A stretch of 61,636 nt of DNA from IMG/VR virus record IMGVR_UViG_3300048851_000113, positions 1 through 61,636 of that record, one strand, 5' to 3'. Under the pieces are notes generated by a model. That model made no database searches, was not told the origin of the DNA, and was given only the letters and a program-made list of their open reading frames with translations. How positions within the stretch are numbered: position 1 is the first letter of the stretch; each line of letters opens with the position of its first letter. Source of the DNA: a virus. Lineage: Duplodnaviria > Caudoviricetes. The position numbers were made by a program, and so were the translations under genes. Of the stretch, positions 9,235 to 17,984 are shown piece after piece.

Positions 9235-9879
9235 ATGGAGAAACTTGAGCGGTTGAACTGGCCCGAAGCAACGGCGTTTTGCGTGGCGGCTGTGTGCGTC
9301 GTCTCGGGCGCTGTTGCGGTGTTCTCGCCCTGGCCGTGGGGAGGCGACAGTCCATGGGAAGCGCTGTCCGCGCTCGGCACTATTGCTGCAGCTGTCGCCG
9401 CTGTCTGGTTAGGCACCGTTGAAATTCGATCCCGGAAGCAGGTGGAGGCCCGTGAGCGCCATGTCGTGACCGCTGTCGTCCGCGTTGAGCTATCCAACAC
9501 CCTCGATGCGTTACGACTTGTCATGCCGATCCTCGATAAGCTCGGCGGCGAGATTGTGTCGGGGGCTATCTTCATACGGGACGCCGACAAGCTTGCGATC
9601 AGTGCGAAACGGATATCAGTGAGTAGCGTCGAGCGTGTCCTCGACAAGCTTGGCTATCTCGAAGCTGACCTTGGCCCGCGCGTGGCGGGTCTATGGGCAA
9701 CTCTTCCAGACTTACGCGCCGATGCAGCAGCCCTCGGCGATATGCTCGTAGCGCTTGACAGCTTTGCCAACGGGATGATTCCTTATCCGTCGCGGGTGCC
9801 TTTGATGGCCAACCCGATCGTCCATCGCGCCAGGGCAATCAGTGCTGAGGTCGAGTCAATCCTCGCCGAGTTGGACTGA
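9235..9879 (+). CDS. Moron-like membrane protein, antisense to the early operon
   Basis: GGAGG RBS, two N-terminal hydrophobic segments, visibly lower GC. Confidence 0.65.
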   Translation: MEKLERLNWPEATAFCVAAVCVVSGAVAVFSPWPWGGDSPWEALSALGTIAAAVAAVWLGTVEIRSRKQVEARERHVVTAVVRVELSNTLDALRLVMPILDKLGGEIVSGAIFIRDADKLAISAKRISVSSVERVLDKLGYLEADLGPRVAGLWATLPDLRADAAALGDMLVALDSFANGMIPYPSRVPLMANPIVHRARAISAEVESILAELD

Positions 9880-9936
9880 TAGCACGCAGCTCAGCGTGGC
9901 GTTCCCGCGGACGTTGCCGGAATCCGTTCGAACTTA

Positions 9937-10419
9937 TCAACCGCCCCGCAACTCGTTGCGGCGCTTCGCTTCGCGGTCCCACTGCTCTCGCGTCGGGCCG
10001 CCTTCTCGCGGCGGAAGCCTGAGCGCTTTCCGCTCTGAGCGCCGACCTTCTGCAATGCCGAGTGCGTAGCAGTGGCAGCCGTGCACTTCCATCTCCGTAT
10101 CGGTTCGCGTCATTGCCTCGCCATCGAGGTTGTAGGCCGTGCCGTTGAACTTGCGCTGGCGCGGTAGGCCTGGCGCAGCGCCGCCCTTTTCAGCGGAAAG
10201 TTCCGCGAGCTGCTGCTCGACCTGCTGCAGCTGCGTGCGAACCTCGTGTGCATGCTGTTCGGCTGCCGCCCGCTCCCGTTCTGCCGCGCCGAGGCGTTGG
10301 TGCAGGTCGTCGACTTCAGACCGGTCAGCAAGCTGCGCCCGCAGTCGCTCGATTTCCGCTCGGGCTGCCAGCACCGGCGCAGCCACAGCGCTGAGGTGGT
10401 CCAGAATGTCGGTGCTCAT
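9937..10419 (-). CDS. Phage coiled-coil hypothetical protein
   Basis: ATG 10419 overlaps upstream stop; heptad-rich sequence. Confidence 0.55.
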   Translation of the reverse strand: MSTDILDHLSAVAAPVLAARAEIERLRAQLADRSEVDDLHQRLGAAERERAAAEQHAHEVRTQLQQVEQQLAELSAEKGGAAPGLPRQRKFNGTAYNLDGEAMTRTDTEMEVHGCHCYALGIAEGRRSERKALRLPPREGGPTREQWDREAKRRNELRGG

Positions 10420-10868
10420 GCTTCTGCTTCCTCCAGCGCGGCTTTGATGTTCGTCTGCTGCACAAGGCTGGCGACGTCCGCGCGGGAGGACGTGGCCAGC
10501 GCGCGGCGCCACGTGGGCAGGGCTTCGATCAGGTCTGCCAGCAGGTGGGCGTCGATCGGCTCGTTGGCTCGCAGCGCCGACACGAACGTTCGCAGGCATT
10601 CCAGCGGGAGCGCGCGCTGGTGGCGCGTCGACCACATGTCGAGGGTGCTGAGCACGCCTTCGACGGCGCCGGCGGCGTCGTACCAATCGCCGTCGTCCGC
10701 TTGCATCACCGTCTGATTGCCCTCGACCGTCACGGTCCCGTCGATGGCGATGCGCTCGATCAGTTCCTCGAGCGGCCGGAGCGACACGGCGACGTCGACC
10801 AGCAGTGGCCGACGGATCGGCCGCGGCGTGTACCGCTTCGTGCGGCGCGGCTTCTGGCGGCGGCTCAT
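10416..10868 (-). CDS. Phage hypothetical protein
   Basis: Basic N-terminus RRQKPRRTKRYTPRP; coupled to neighbours. Confidence 0.6.
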   Translation of the reverse strand: MSRRQKPRRTKRYTPRPIRRPLLVDVAVSLRPLEELIERIAIDGTVTVEGNQTVMQADDGDWYDAAGAVEGVLSTLDMWSTRHQRALPLECLRTFVSALRANEPIDAHLLADLIEALPTWRRALATSSRADVASLVQQTNIKAALEEAEA

Positions 10869-11311
10869 GACGACCGCGCCTTGTGCCAACCGTCGTCGTT
10901 GGCGGCGTCGACCACGCCCGACAGTTCCAGCTGCGCGAGGATCTGCGCGGCGCTGCCGGCGTCAACCTTCAACGTGCGCTGCACCGTCCGCGCAGATATC
11001 TCGCCATCCTGCCGAACAAGGTCGATGGCGCGCTCGAGCAGCCCCTTGCCGTCGTCGCCGCGGTCGGGCTCGCGTGCGGCGCCTCCGCCGGTTCCGCGCA
11101 AGAACACCAGCAGGCCGCGAAGCTCGTCGGCTGCGTGCCGGTGCTCATCGTGGGCCGCGCGCGCTTCGTGCTCGTTGCCCCAGGCGTCGTCGACGGTGCG
11201 GCATTCGCGAAGGTTGCTGGCGACCTGGTCGAGCATGGCGGCTGCCCGCGTCAGCACCGACTCGGCATACCAGGCCGCGACAGGGTGGGTCATCATCACC
11301 GGGCCGCTCAT
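10865..11311 (-). CDS. Protein with C-terminal FtsK-gamma-like winged helix
   Basis: [44 protein letters not shown] fits the FtsK-gamma pattern. Confidence 0.7.
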   Translation of the reverse strand: MSGPVMMTHPVAAWYAESVLTRAAAMLDQVASNLRECRTVDDAWGNEHEARAAHDEHRHAADELRGLLVFLRGTGGGAAREPDRGDDGKGLLERAIDLVRQDGEISARTVQRTLKVDAGSAAQILAQLELSGVVDAANDDGWHKARSS

Positions 11312-12210
11312 TCGATCACCTGCTCGCCGCCCAGGGCGTGCGTGAGATCGACCAGGAGCTTGGCCACCTCGCCGGTCATCAATACGAAGTCGGCGTCGAA
11401 GCGCTCGTCGTCGCCAGAGCCGCCCGCGTCCGCCTGTTCCTTTAGCACGTCCAGCGCCGCAACGCGCTTGATCGCCAGCGATTCCGTCAGTACGAACGAC
11501 ACGCGGTCCGCCCAGGTCATGGCCAGGCGCGTGCACTGCTTGCCGGCCTCGATGTGGCGGCGGGTGTCGTCCACTTCGAGGGCGTGCTTCACGTAGCGCA
11601 CCGTGGCCTTGCTGTCCCCGGTGGAGCGCAGTTCGGTGTCCTGATCAATCGTGAAGTTGGTGGGCGCCTCGTCGGCCAGCAGCCAGTTGGTCATCGCCGC
11701 GGCCGGCGACTGGTTCACGTGGAAGAGGGCGAGCGGCAGCGGGTCGATTGCCTTGTGCAGCAGTTCGACCACGTCGTCGCACACGGCGCTGGACGCGGCG
11801 TCGATGGCGAGCCAGCCATTCGCCGTGTCTATCCAGGCGCGGGTGTCGCGCAGCACGTTGAAGGCCTTCGGCCGCAGTTCGTCGGTCACCGCTTCCTTGA
11901 TCTCGCGCATCTGCTTGCGGCCCGGCTTGAAGCCCTGCTGGTCGGCGATCTCTTCGGCCTTCAGCTTCGTGGCCTGGTTGATCACGCTGGCCGGCAGCAG
12001 CTTCTTCTCGGTGCGCAACGTCAGCAGCAGCTGGTCGTTGATGCCGTGCACAAGCATGTCGTTCTCGCGCGGCGACACCCAGCCCTTGGTCTGAACCTCG
12101 AGCGTGCCGCCCGGCTGGAAGGCGAAGGGCTGCAACTGCGCGTGGATCTGTTCGGCCGTGATCGGCCAGGGCGCGGGCAGGCGGTACACCTGCAGGTTCT
12201 TGAACCACAT
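11308..12210 (-). CDS. rdgC: Recombination-associated protein RdgC (phage copy)
   Basis: [11 protein letters not shown] start, [21 protein letters not shown]. Confidence 0.92.
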   Translation of the reverse strand: MWFKNLQVYRLPAPWPITAEQIHAQLQPFAFQPGGTLEVQTKGWVSPRENDMLVHGINDQLLLTLRTEKKLLPASVINQATKLKAEEIADQQGFKPGRKQMREIKEAVTDELRPKAFNVLRDTRAWIDTANGWLAIDAASSAVCDDVVELLHKAIDPLPLALFHVNQSPAAAMTNWLLADEAPTNFTIDQDTELRSTGDSKATVRYVKHALEVDDTRRHIEAGKQCTRLAMTWADRVSFVLTESLAIKRVAALDVLKEQADAGGSGDDERFDADFVLMTGEVAKLLVDLTHALGGEQVIE

Positions 12211-12455
12211 CAGCGGATCTCCATCAGGCGAGCGACCATCGTGCCGGTCGCATCGGGTTCAGCGCAGCGCAGGCCGCGCGGGGAGCGCACAACGTCACCG
12301 GCGCATGCGCGTTCCGCGGCCAGCTGCACGGCAGCGGCCCGAGCGTCATCAGTAGCGGCGGCCATGGCGGCCTCGTCGTCCTGCATGTCGAATCGGCCGG
12401 CGAGCAGTGCCAGGAGGATTAGGCCCGGGATGCCCAGCTTTTCGCGGCGGTTCAT
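12210..12455 (-). CDS. Small phage protein with hydrophobic N-terminus
   Basis: [14 protein letters not shown] segment; coupled to rdgC. Confidence 0.5.
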   Translation of the reverse strand: MNRREKLGIPGLILLALLAGRFDMQDDEAAMAAATDDARAAAVQLAAERACAGDVVRSPRGLRCAEPDATGTMVARLMEIR

Positions 12456-12661
12456 GGCAGCACCCGGCCGAGGCAGTCGCACAGATAGGTACGGAGCAGG
12501 TCGAGCGCCTGCTTTTCGTTGCCGAACGAGAGCGCGCGGAACATGTCCTGCAGCGGATCTTCCGGCACGTCGCGGCGGCGTTTCAGTTCCTCAACAAGAT
12601 CATCGGTATCGATGTCGCCGATCACATCGTCGATGTCGATGTGCACGTTCACGTAAGGCAT
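12452..12661 (-). CDS. Small acidic phage protein, first gene of the PL operon
   Basis: MPYVNVHIDIDDVIGDIDTDDLVEELKRR; purine-rich RBS. Confidence 0.6.
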   Translation of the reverse strand: MPYVNVHIDIDDVIGDIDTDDLVEELKRRRDVPEDPLQDMFRALSFGNEKQALDLLRTYLCDCLGRVLP

Positions 12662-12990
12662 TCCCCATCTCCCTGCCGCTGTGCGGCGCTCGGTTGTCTG
12701 TGCCGGATGCGATCCCGGCTTGAGTCGCGGCTTCATCGCTGCCCGCTCCACCCGACTCGTTCGGCCTCCACCCGGGGGCTTCGCCGACCTACTGCGCGCA
12801 TCGCCTGCGCTACTCGCTCACCCTCATATCCCGCGCTTGTTCGTACCAAGCCCCTCCGCATGCGCATCCCACATGTCGGCCGGTGATTCAAAAATCCGGG
12901 GTATGAGGGCCCTGCCGTTGGGCAGGGCCTCCTTGCTGCACCGCCTGGCCAGCCACATGAAGTGCGGCCGTGCAGGCAGTGGTCCTTCGG

Positions 12991-13003
12991 TTGTTAAAGA
13001 GCG
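12991..13003 (-). promoter_or_regulatory. boxA antitermination element
   Basis: Minus strand reads CGCTCTTTAACAA, about 20 nt downstream of the PL -10. Confidence 0.85.
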
Positions 13004-13023
13004 AGTCATGCGTCGATGTGTGT

Positions 13024-13066
13024 AGATTACCAAATGGTAATTTGCATAGCAATACCAAATGGTAAT
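13024..13066 (-). promoter_or_regulatory. PL promoter with two CI operators
   Basis: TTGCTA-17-TAATCT on the minus strand; palindromes ATTACCAAATGGTAAT (13026-13041) and AATACCAAATGGTAAT (13051-13066). Confidence 0.85.
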
Positions 13067-13076
13067 TTTCTTGGGC

Positions 13077-13103
13077 GAAAAAAAACCGCCGTCGATGGCG
13101 GTT
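13077..13103 (-). terminator. Intrinsic terminator of the cI-imm transcript
   Basis: AACCGCC-N6-GGCGGTT hairpin followed by a U-run on the minus strand. Confidence 0.8.
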
Positions 13104-13128
13104 CGCTTTCGAAGGGGAAGGAGCGCGG

Positions 13129-13617
13129 TCAGCGCAACAGCTTCGCTTTCTGTGCGAGGAACTCGTCCTCCGTCAGGATGCCTTGGGCTTTCAGATCAGC
13201 CAGCTTGCGAAGCTCGTCGGCGATCGACACACCAACAGGCGTTGCGTGAGACGTTGGGGGTATGGCCGGTGTCAGAGGTTGGCTTGGTGCCGTTTCCCTG
13301 CTGCGCAGCCATTCGCTGGCAGCGGGCACCGAGTCCGGCTGCGCGCTGGGGACGTCCTTGCATGCCCACGCCAGCGACACCACCCAGCCAATCAGCGACC
13401 AGCCGAGGAAGATATTCACGAGCGCGATGGATGTCAGGTTGGGCTGACGCCGCTTCCACGCTTCGTGCGTCGGAAGCAGGTACAGAAGTGGTGCGGCGAG
13501 GAAGAACGACATCGCGACGAGAGTGCCGAAGGCGTTCAGTCCCTCGGCCCGGATCTGCCCCATCGACCATGCGTACCAGGTCCAGAGCGTCAGGCCGATA
13601 ATTTTCAGGAAGAGCAT
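13129..13617 (-). CDS. Superinfection immunity protein (T4 Imm-like) with C-terminal SHOCT domain
   Basis: LYLLPT...SIALVNIFLGWSLIGWVVSLAWA; IADELRKLADLKAQGILTEDEFLAQKAKLL. Confidence 0.85.
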   Translation of the reverse strand: MLFLKIIGLTLWTWYAWSMGQIRAEGLNAFGTLVAMSFFLAAPLLYLLPTHEAWKRRQPNLTSIALVNIFLGWSLIGWVVSLAWACKDVPSAQPDSVPAASEWLRSRETAPSQPLTPAIPPTSHATPVGVSIADELRKLADLKAQGILTEDEFLAQKAKLLR

Positions 13618-13703
13618 GCGGTTCTCATGAGAGGGGCCCGGTGCGGGCCGCCGCCGATTTTCTCATCCATGGGCGTGGCGCCGCAACGGGCCCAAGCGTG
13701 CCG

Positions 13704-14639
13704 TCATCGGCGCACGCGGGACCACTGCGTGCCGCCATCGGGAAGGAGGCGGGCGCCCGACCAGACGATCTGGCCGACGGTCTTCACCGACTCGTCACCC
13801 TCAAGCAGGACATCCTCGAATTCCGCGTTGTACGACCGAGCAACCCACTGGCCGGCTTCGTTGCGCACCGCTGCTTTCACCAACAGCTCGCCGCGCCGCA
13901 TCAGGCCGTAGACGGCGCCTTCGATGATCTCATCGAGCGGAAGTTGCTCACGGCGCATCAGCATTGCGGCACCGTCGGGGATCACAGGCTCCATGCTCGA
14001 TCCTGATGCATAGACAACAGCCCCGTTTTCCCAAGTGATCCGGTTCTCGCGGAGGAACTCATGGCGGAACGCGAGCGAGCTGCCGAGCACCTGCTGGAAG
14101 CTGTCGATTCCAGGGCCGGCCGCAAACTTGACCTTGAACCGCCGCACCTCCTGGAATGCATCGTCGTTGGCAGCTTGGTTCGCGTCGATCGGCACTTCGG
14201 TGGTGTTCACGAATCGAGCCGCGCCGCCCTGGATCGCCTTCAGATTCCGCGCAGGCACTGCGACGTGTCGTAGCTGCGCCATAGCGAGAGCAAGCGCACC
14301 GTCGAGGCGCAAGCGGTCATCCCTGCTCAGTGCTTCGATGTCAGCGAGCGTCACGGTCGAAAACGGCCACGCGGCCGATTGCTTCGGCGACGCTGGCGCC
14401 GGCGGAATGTCTTCACCGTCGAAAGTATCGAGGTAACGCTCCGGCATTCCCGTCTTCGCTTCGAGGTTTCGGGCTTTGCGGCTTCCGAAGGACTTCCGGC
14501 TCAGCAGGCCGGAGATCTCGCCTTGGTTCAGATCGAAGGCACGGACGAAATTCGCCGGGACGCCTTCGTAGTGGGTATCGATCCACAGACGTAAGCGCCG
14601 GCGCCGGTTCTCTACTTCGCGGTCAGCTGCATTGTTCAT
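13704..14639 (-). CDS. CI-like repressor with S24 autopeptidase domain
   Basis: N-terminal HTH (SFGSRKARNLE), GSSMEP Ser motif and LLVK Lys motif; divergent from cro. Confidence 0.88.
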   Translation of the reverse strand: MNNAADREVENRRRRLRLWIDTHYEGVPANFVRAFDLNQGEISGLLSRKSFGSRKARNLEAKTGMPERYLDTFDGEDIPPAPASPKQSAAWPFSTVTLADIEALSRDDRLRLDGALALAMAQLRHVAVPARNLKAIQGGAARFVNTTEVPIDANQAANDDAFQEVRRFKVKFAAGPGIDSFQQVLGSSLAFRHEFLRENRITWENGAVVYASGSSMEPVIPDGAAMLMRREQLPLDEIIEGAVYGLMRRGELLVKAAVRNEAGQWVARSYNAEFEDVLLEGDESVKTVGQIVWSGARLLPDGGTQWSRVRR

Positions 14640-14645
14640 GCGGGA

Positions 14646-14711
14646 ATTCTCTATTACCAAAAGGTAAATCACCAAAAGGTGTTGACCCGGCCCATTACCA
14701 TTTGGTAATTT
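14646..14711. promoter_or_regulatory. OR region: three operators with PR and PRM
   Basis: ATTACCAAAAGGTAAA (14653), ATCACCAAAAGGTGTT (14668), ATTACCATTTGGTAAT (14694); TTGACC-18-TAATTT rightward; GAGAAT leftward. Confidence 0.85.
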
Positions 14712-14717
14712 CGCGTT

Positions 14718-14966
14718 ATGGAAAAACTTCTTGCCTACCTCAACGGCCTCTCGAAAGAGGATCGCGCGGACTTCGTCCTCCGGGCCGGAACGACCGAGGG
14801 CTACCTCCGGAAAGCCATCTCGGTCGGCGCCTCCCTGCGCGAAGGCCTGTGCATCCGCATCGAGCGCGAGTCCGGCCGTGCGGTCCTGTGTGAAGACCTG
14901 CGCGCGGATGTCGACTGGGCATACATGCAGAAGCGGCCGGTGACGGGGAAGGCGATTCATGCGTGA
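14718..14966 (+). CDS. Cro-like (YdaS-type) repressor
   Basis: GTTEGYLRKAIS...IERESGRAVLCEDLRADVDWAY. Confidence 0.85.
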   Translation: MEKLLAYLNGLSKEDRADFVLRAGTTEGYLRKAISVGASLREGLCIRIERESGRAVLCEDLRADVDWAYMQKRPVTGKAIHA

Positions 14967-15236
14967 TCAGCATTCCAACACCTCCACCAGCCGCGCCGCT
15001 TGCAGGTTGATCGCGCTCATTGCCGCGACGTGCTCGAACGTCGCGCCGGCGGCGCCGTCGCCTTGGTCCGCGAGCGCCCATTCAGCTGCGTCCCATATCT
15101 CGTCGCGCGCCGCTTCCGGCGCGACGTGCCGCCGTAGCACCGCCCGCAGGCCTGCTTCGAGGATCGTGATGCGCGCCAGCGCCCCGGCCAGTTCAAGTTC
15201 CATGAGTGCTCCGTGTGATTCGTCGATGGGGTCCAT
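14967..15236 (-). CDS. Hypothetical protein antisense within the PR operon
   Basis: 89 aa, GGAG upstream, fills the cro-cII gap exactly. Confidence 0.45.
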   Translation of the reverse strand: MDPIDESHGALMELELAGALARITILEAGLRAVLRRHVAPEAARDEIWDAAEWALADQGDGAAGATFEHVAAMSAINLQAARLVEVLEC

Positions 15237-15288
15237 CGTCGCGCGTCTCCACGCTGTAACTCACTCTGTAATTCGATGATCTTTTTCA

Positions 15289-15657
15289 ATGAGGCCCTTC
15301 ATGCACGCCGCCCTGCAACCCTCCGAACAACCTCCCGCCCGGTCGTTCTTGCCGCCGTCGGATATCTCGGCTTGCCTGTCGTATCGGGACGCGGTTCGGT
15401 TGGCGTGGGCGCGCCGCCGCAGTCGGTCGATGACGAAGCGCAGCTTGGCCGAGTTCTGCGGCCTCTACGCCCCGCACGTGACCGACTATCTCCACGACGA
15501 GCCGACATACGCAAACGGCAAGAAGCGTCTGGATCTGCCGGCAAGCGCAATCGTGGTGTTCGAGGCCGCGGTTGGGAACAAGGCGATCACGCAGTACCTC
15601 GTGCTGCGTGGCGCGCTGACGATCATGGAAGAGGTCATCCAGGGGCGGCATCCATGA
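15289..15657 (+). CDS. CII-like HTH regulator
   Basis: MTKRSLAEFCGLYAPHVTDYL HTH; position after cro. Confidence 0.65.
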   Translation: MRPFMHAALQPSEQPPARSFLPPSDISACLSYRDAVRLAWARRRSRSMTKRSLAEFCGLYAPHVTDYLHDEPTYANGKKRLDLPASAIVVFEAAVGNKAITQYLVLRGALTIMEEVIQGRHP

Positions 15658-15842
15658 CAGAAGCCGAAGCGCTGCAAATAGGGCGCGCGGCGGTGCTGGA
15701 AGCGAAGCGGGTAGTGGGCTCCGACCCACGGGCCTTGCTCGCCGAGATACTGCGCCGCGCGGCGCAAGACGAGCGCGTCGCTGAGGCGCTTGCAACGGCC
15801 GGATTTCTTTCCGTGCAGGCCGCCCAGTCGGAGAAGCACTGA
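15654..15842 (+). CDS. Small phage hypothetical protein
   Basis: ATGA coupling with upstream gene. Confidence 0.5.
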   Translation: MTEAEALQIGRAAVLEAKRVVGSDPRALLAEILRRAAQDERVAEALATAGFLSVQAAQSEKH

Positions 15843-16111
15843 TGTACAGCGAACCGATGCAATTCCGCGATTTGGCGCCGGTCGTGGGAGGCACCCCGAC
15901 CCGCGCTCTCGTTCGCCAGGCGAAGGCGGCAGGGACGCTGATCGAGCGCCGTCCGCATGCCGAGCCGGGATGCAGCGCGCGGCGCCACGCGGTGTTCCAA
16001 ACCGTCGCCGCCGAGCAGCCGTTGCCCATCTACGGCCACACGTCGGCAGACGCAAACCCGTACTTGACGGCCAGCGGCATGTTGCGCATCGGCCCGGAGG
16101 ACATCTCGTGA
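15842..16111 (+). CDS. Phage hypothetical protein
   Basis: TGATG coupling, GGAG upstream. Confidence 0.5.
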   Translation: MYSEPMQFRDLAPVVGGTPTRALVRQAKAAGTLIERRPHAEPGCSARRHAVFQTVAAEQPLPIYGHTSADANPYLTASGMLRIGPEDIS

Positions 16112-16542
16112 GCCAGAGCCGCGACATCGTAAATATTTTGCTGGCGGCGCGCGCGCCTGTGACGGTCGACCGCATCGCGGCGGTGCTGAGTGTGGGCCCG
16201 CGGATCGTGTCGGCGCTGCTGCGCGAGCTGCACCAGACCGACCGCGTCAGCCGCGCGCGTCTGCAACAGAATCGGTACGAGTACTGGATGTCGGCCGATC
16301 AGATGGCTGTCGAGCAATCGAAACGCGTGGAGAAGTCGACGCCGCGCCCTGTGGACTCCTTGAACGTGGCGATCCTGACGGACTCTGCTACGTTGGCCGG
16401 TCGTCTGTTCCATCTGGAGCGCTTGCTGTTACGCGAGGCACTCTCGTCCGACGCGACGCTGCGCGCGATCGCTGTCGACTACCGGACCACGCTTGCCGCT
16501 GTGCGCGTGCGCGAGGCTCTCATCGACGAGGTGCCCGCGTGA
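16108..16542 (+). CDS. Phage protein with possible winged helix
   Basis: VTVDRIAAVLSVGPRIVSALLRELHQTDRV; GTGA coupling, GGAGG RBS. Confidence 0.5.
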   Translation: MSQSRDIVNILLAARAPVTVDRIAAVLSVGPRIVSALLRELHQTDRVSRARLQQNRYEYWMSADQMAVEQSKRVEKSTPRPVDSLNVAILTDSATLAGRLFHLERLLLREALSSDATLRAIAVDYRTTLAAVRVREALIDEVPA

Positions 16543-16814
16543 ACGATCGTCTGATCCGTCGCCTCCCGACTCGACTCCCGGCCCGTCAGTTCGCCCCGAG
16601 CCGCAAACAGTCGCTGGCACAGGTGGCCGGCATGCTCTGCACGTTGCCGGAGTTCTGGAAGCACCTGCGTGTGAGCGGTGAGCAGGAGGCCGCTGCCCAT
16701 GTTCGCGCCGCGTGTGGCGTCAGGAGCCGGGCCGAGCTCGACACCAACGCATATGCGGCGGAGCTGTTCCACGAGCGCGTGCGCCGCCCGTTCGCCATGA
16801 CGAGGGAATCGTGA
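16539..16814 (+). CDS. Phage hypothetical protein
   Basis: AGMLCTLPEFW...ACGVRSRAELDTN. Confidence 0.6.
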   Translation: MNDRLIRRLPTRLPARQFAPSRKQSLAQVAGMLCTLPEFWKHLRVSGEQEAAAHVRAACGVRSRAELDTNAYAAELFHERVRRPFAMTRES

Positions 16815-17275
16815 AGCGCAGCGCTCCTATGACCCGCACTGCGCCGCTGGTGAACCGCACACCGATGCGCCGCGGCGAAGTGGCCCTTCGCCGCTCACCC
16901 ATGCCGAAGCGGGCGCCGCGCAAGCCGCGCTCGTTCATCACGATCGGCAAGTTCGACTACGTCCGCAGCGAGCCGCTGCTGGCGTTGTTCCGCTCGTTGC
17001 CATGCCCTATCACCGGTCGCATGCCACCGAATGAGCCGGCGCACAGCAACTGGAAGGTGCACGGCAAAGGGAAGGGGATCAAGGCGAGCGACCAGTTTGT
17101 TGCCCCGCTTGCGCCCGAGGTGCACCGCGAGCTCGACCAGGGCACGCGGTGGACCCAAGTCGAGCGCCAAGCCCTCTGGTGGTCAGCCCATGTCTACGGC
17201 GTCCGCCTCCTCGTCAGCGAAGGCCGCTGGCCGTCCAAGATCCCGGTGCCCGACACCGACACCTATCCGTTCTGA
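16811..17275 (+). CDS. DUF968/NinG-like His-Me finger protein
   Basis: RSLPCPITG...AHSNWKVHGKGKGIKASDQFVAPL. Confidence 0.65.
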   Translation: MKRSAPMTRTAPLVNRTPMRRGEVALRRSPMPKRAPRKPRSFITIGKFDYVRSEPLLALFRSLPCPITGRMPPNEPAHSNWKVHGKGKGIKASDQFVAPLAPEVHRELDQGTRWTQVERQALWWSAHVYGVRLLVSEGRWPSKIPVPDTDTYPF

Positions 17276-17282
17276 GGTGACC

Positions 17283-17984
17283 ATGAACATTACGATTGCC
17301 GACATCGCGATTCGTCAGGACGTGCGCGGGCGCTTCAGCCTGAACGACCTGCATCGTGCGGCTGGTGGCCAAGAGCGTCACCGCCCGTCGCGCTGGGCAG
17401 AGAACCAGCAGACCGTCGAACTGGCGGCTGAAATTGACGCCGAGGGCAAAGCCGGAATTCCGGCTTTGGTTCTGGTGCACGGTGGGGCCGCACCCGGGAC
17501 GTTCGTTGTCCGCGAGCTGGTGTACTCCTATGCAATGTGGATCAGCCCGGCATTTCACCTGCAGGTGATCCGAAGCTTCGACGCATCGCAGGCGGCGCGC
17601 GTGCCGACGGTGCCGCAGACGCTGGCGCAGGCGCTTCGACTCGCTGCCGACCAGGCCGAGGAATTGGAGCGCGCTCGTCCGGCAGTGCAGTTCGTCGAGC
17701 GCTACGTCGAGGCGCCGACCGGCTCGCTGGGTTTCCGCCAGGTCGCCAAGCTGCTGCGTGCGAATGAGGCGCGGTTCCGCGAATTCCTCGAGGAACACCG
17801 GGTTCTCTACCGGCTGGGCGGCACGCTCGCCCCGTATCAGAACCACGTCGACGCGGGGAGGTTCGAGATCCGCGCCGGCGTCGCATCCAACGAGCATGCC
17901 TACACCCGGGCCCTGTTCACGCCAAAGGGCGTGCAATGGGTGGCTGGCCTGTGGATCGCAGAGCAGGCGAGGGCGACAGCATGA
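17283..17984 (+). CDS. KilA-N / KilAC phage antirepressor
   Basis: GRFSLNDLHRAAG, YAMWISPAFHLQVI, PQTLAQALRLAAD, FTPKGVQWV. Confidence 0.88.
   Translation: MNITIADIAIRQDVRGRFSLNDLHRAAGGQERHRPSRWAENQQTVELAAEIDAEGKAGIPALVLVHGGAAPGTFVVRELVYSYAMWISPAFHLQVIRSFDASQAARVPTVPQTLAQALRLAADQAEELERARPAVQFVERYVEAPTGSLGFRQVAKLLRANEARFREFLEEHRVLYRLGGTLAPYQNHVDAGRFEIRAGVASNEHAYTRALFTPKGVQWVAGLWIAEQARATA

Noticed and set aside
12824-13033. 69 aa ORF as a possible N antiterminator
   Set aside because: Its start lies inside the PL promoter/operator, upstream of the likely transcription start, and it lacks an RBS.
14640-14960. N-terminal extension of CI in the ORF track
   Set aside because: Overlaps cro and the operators; the ATG at 14639 fits better.
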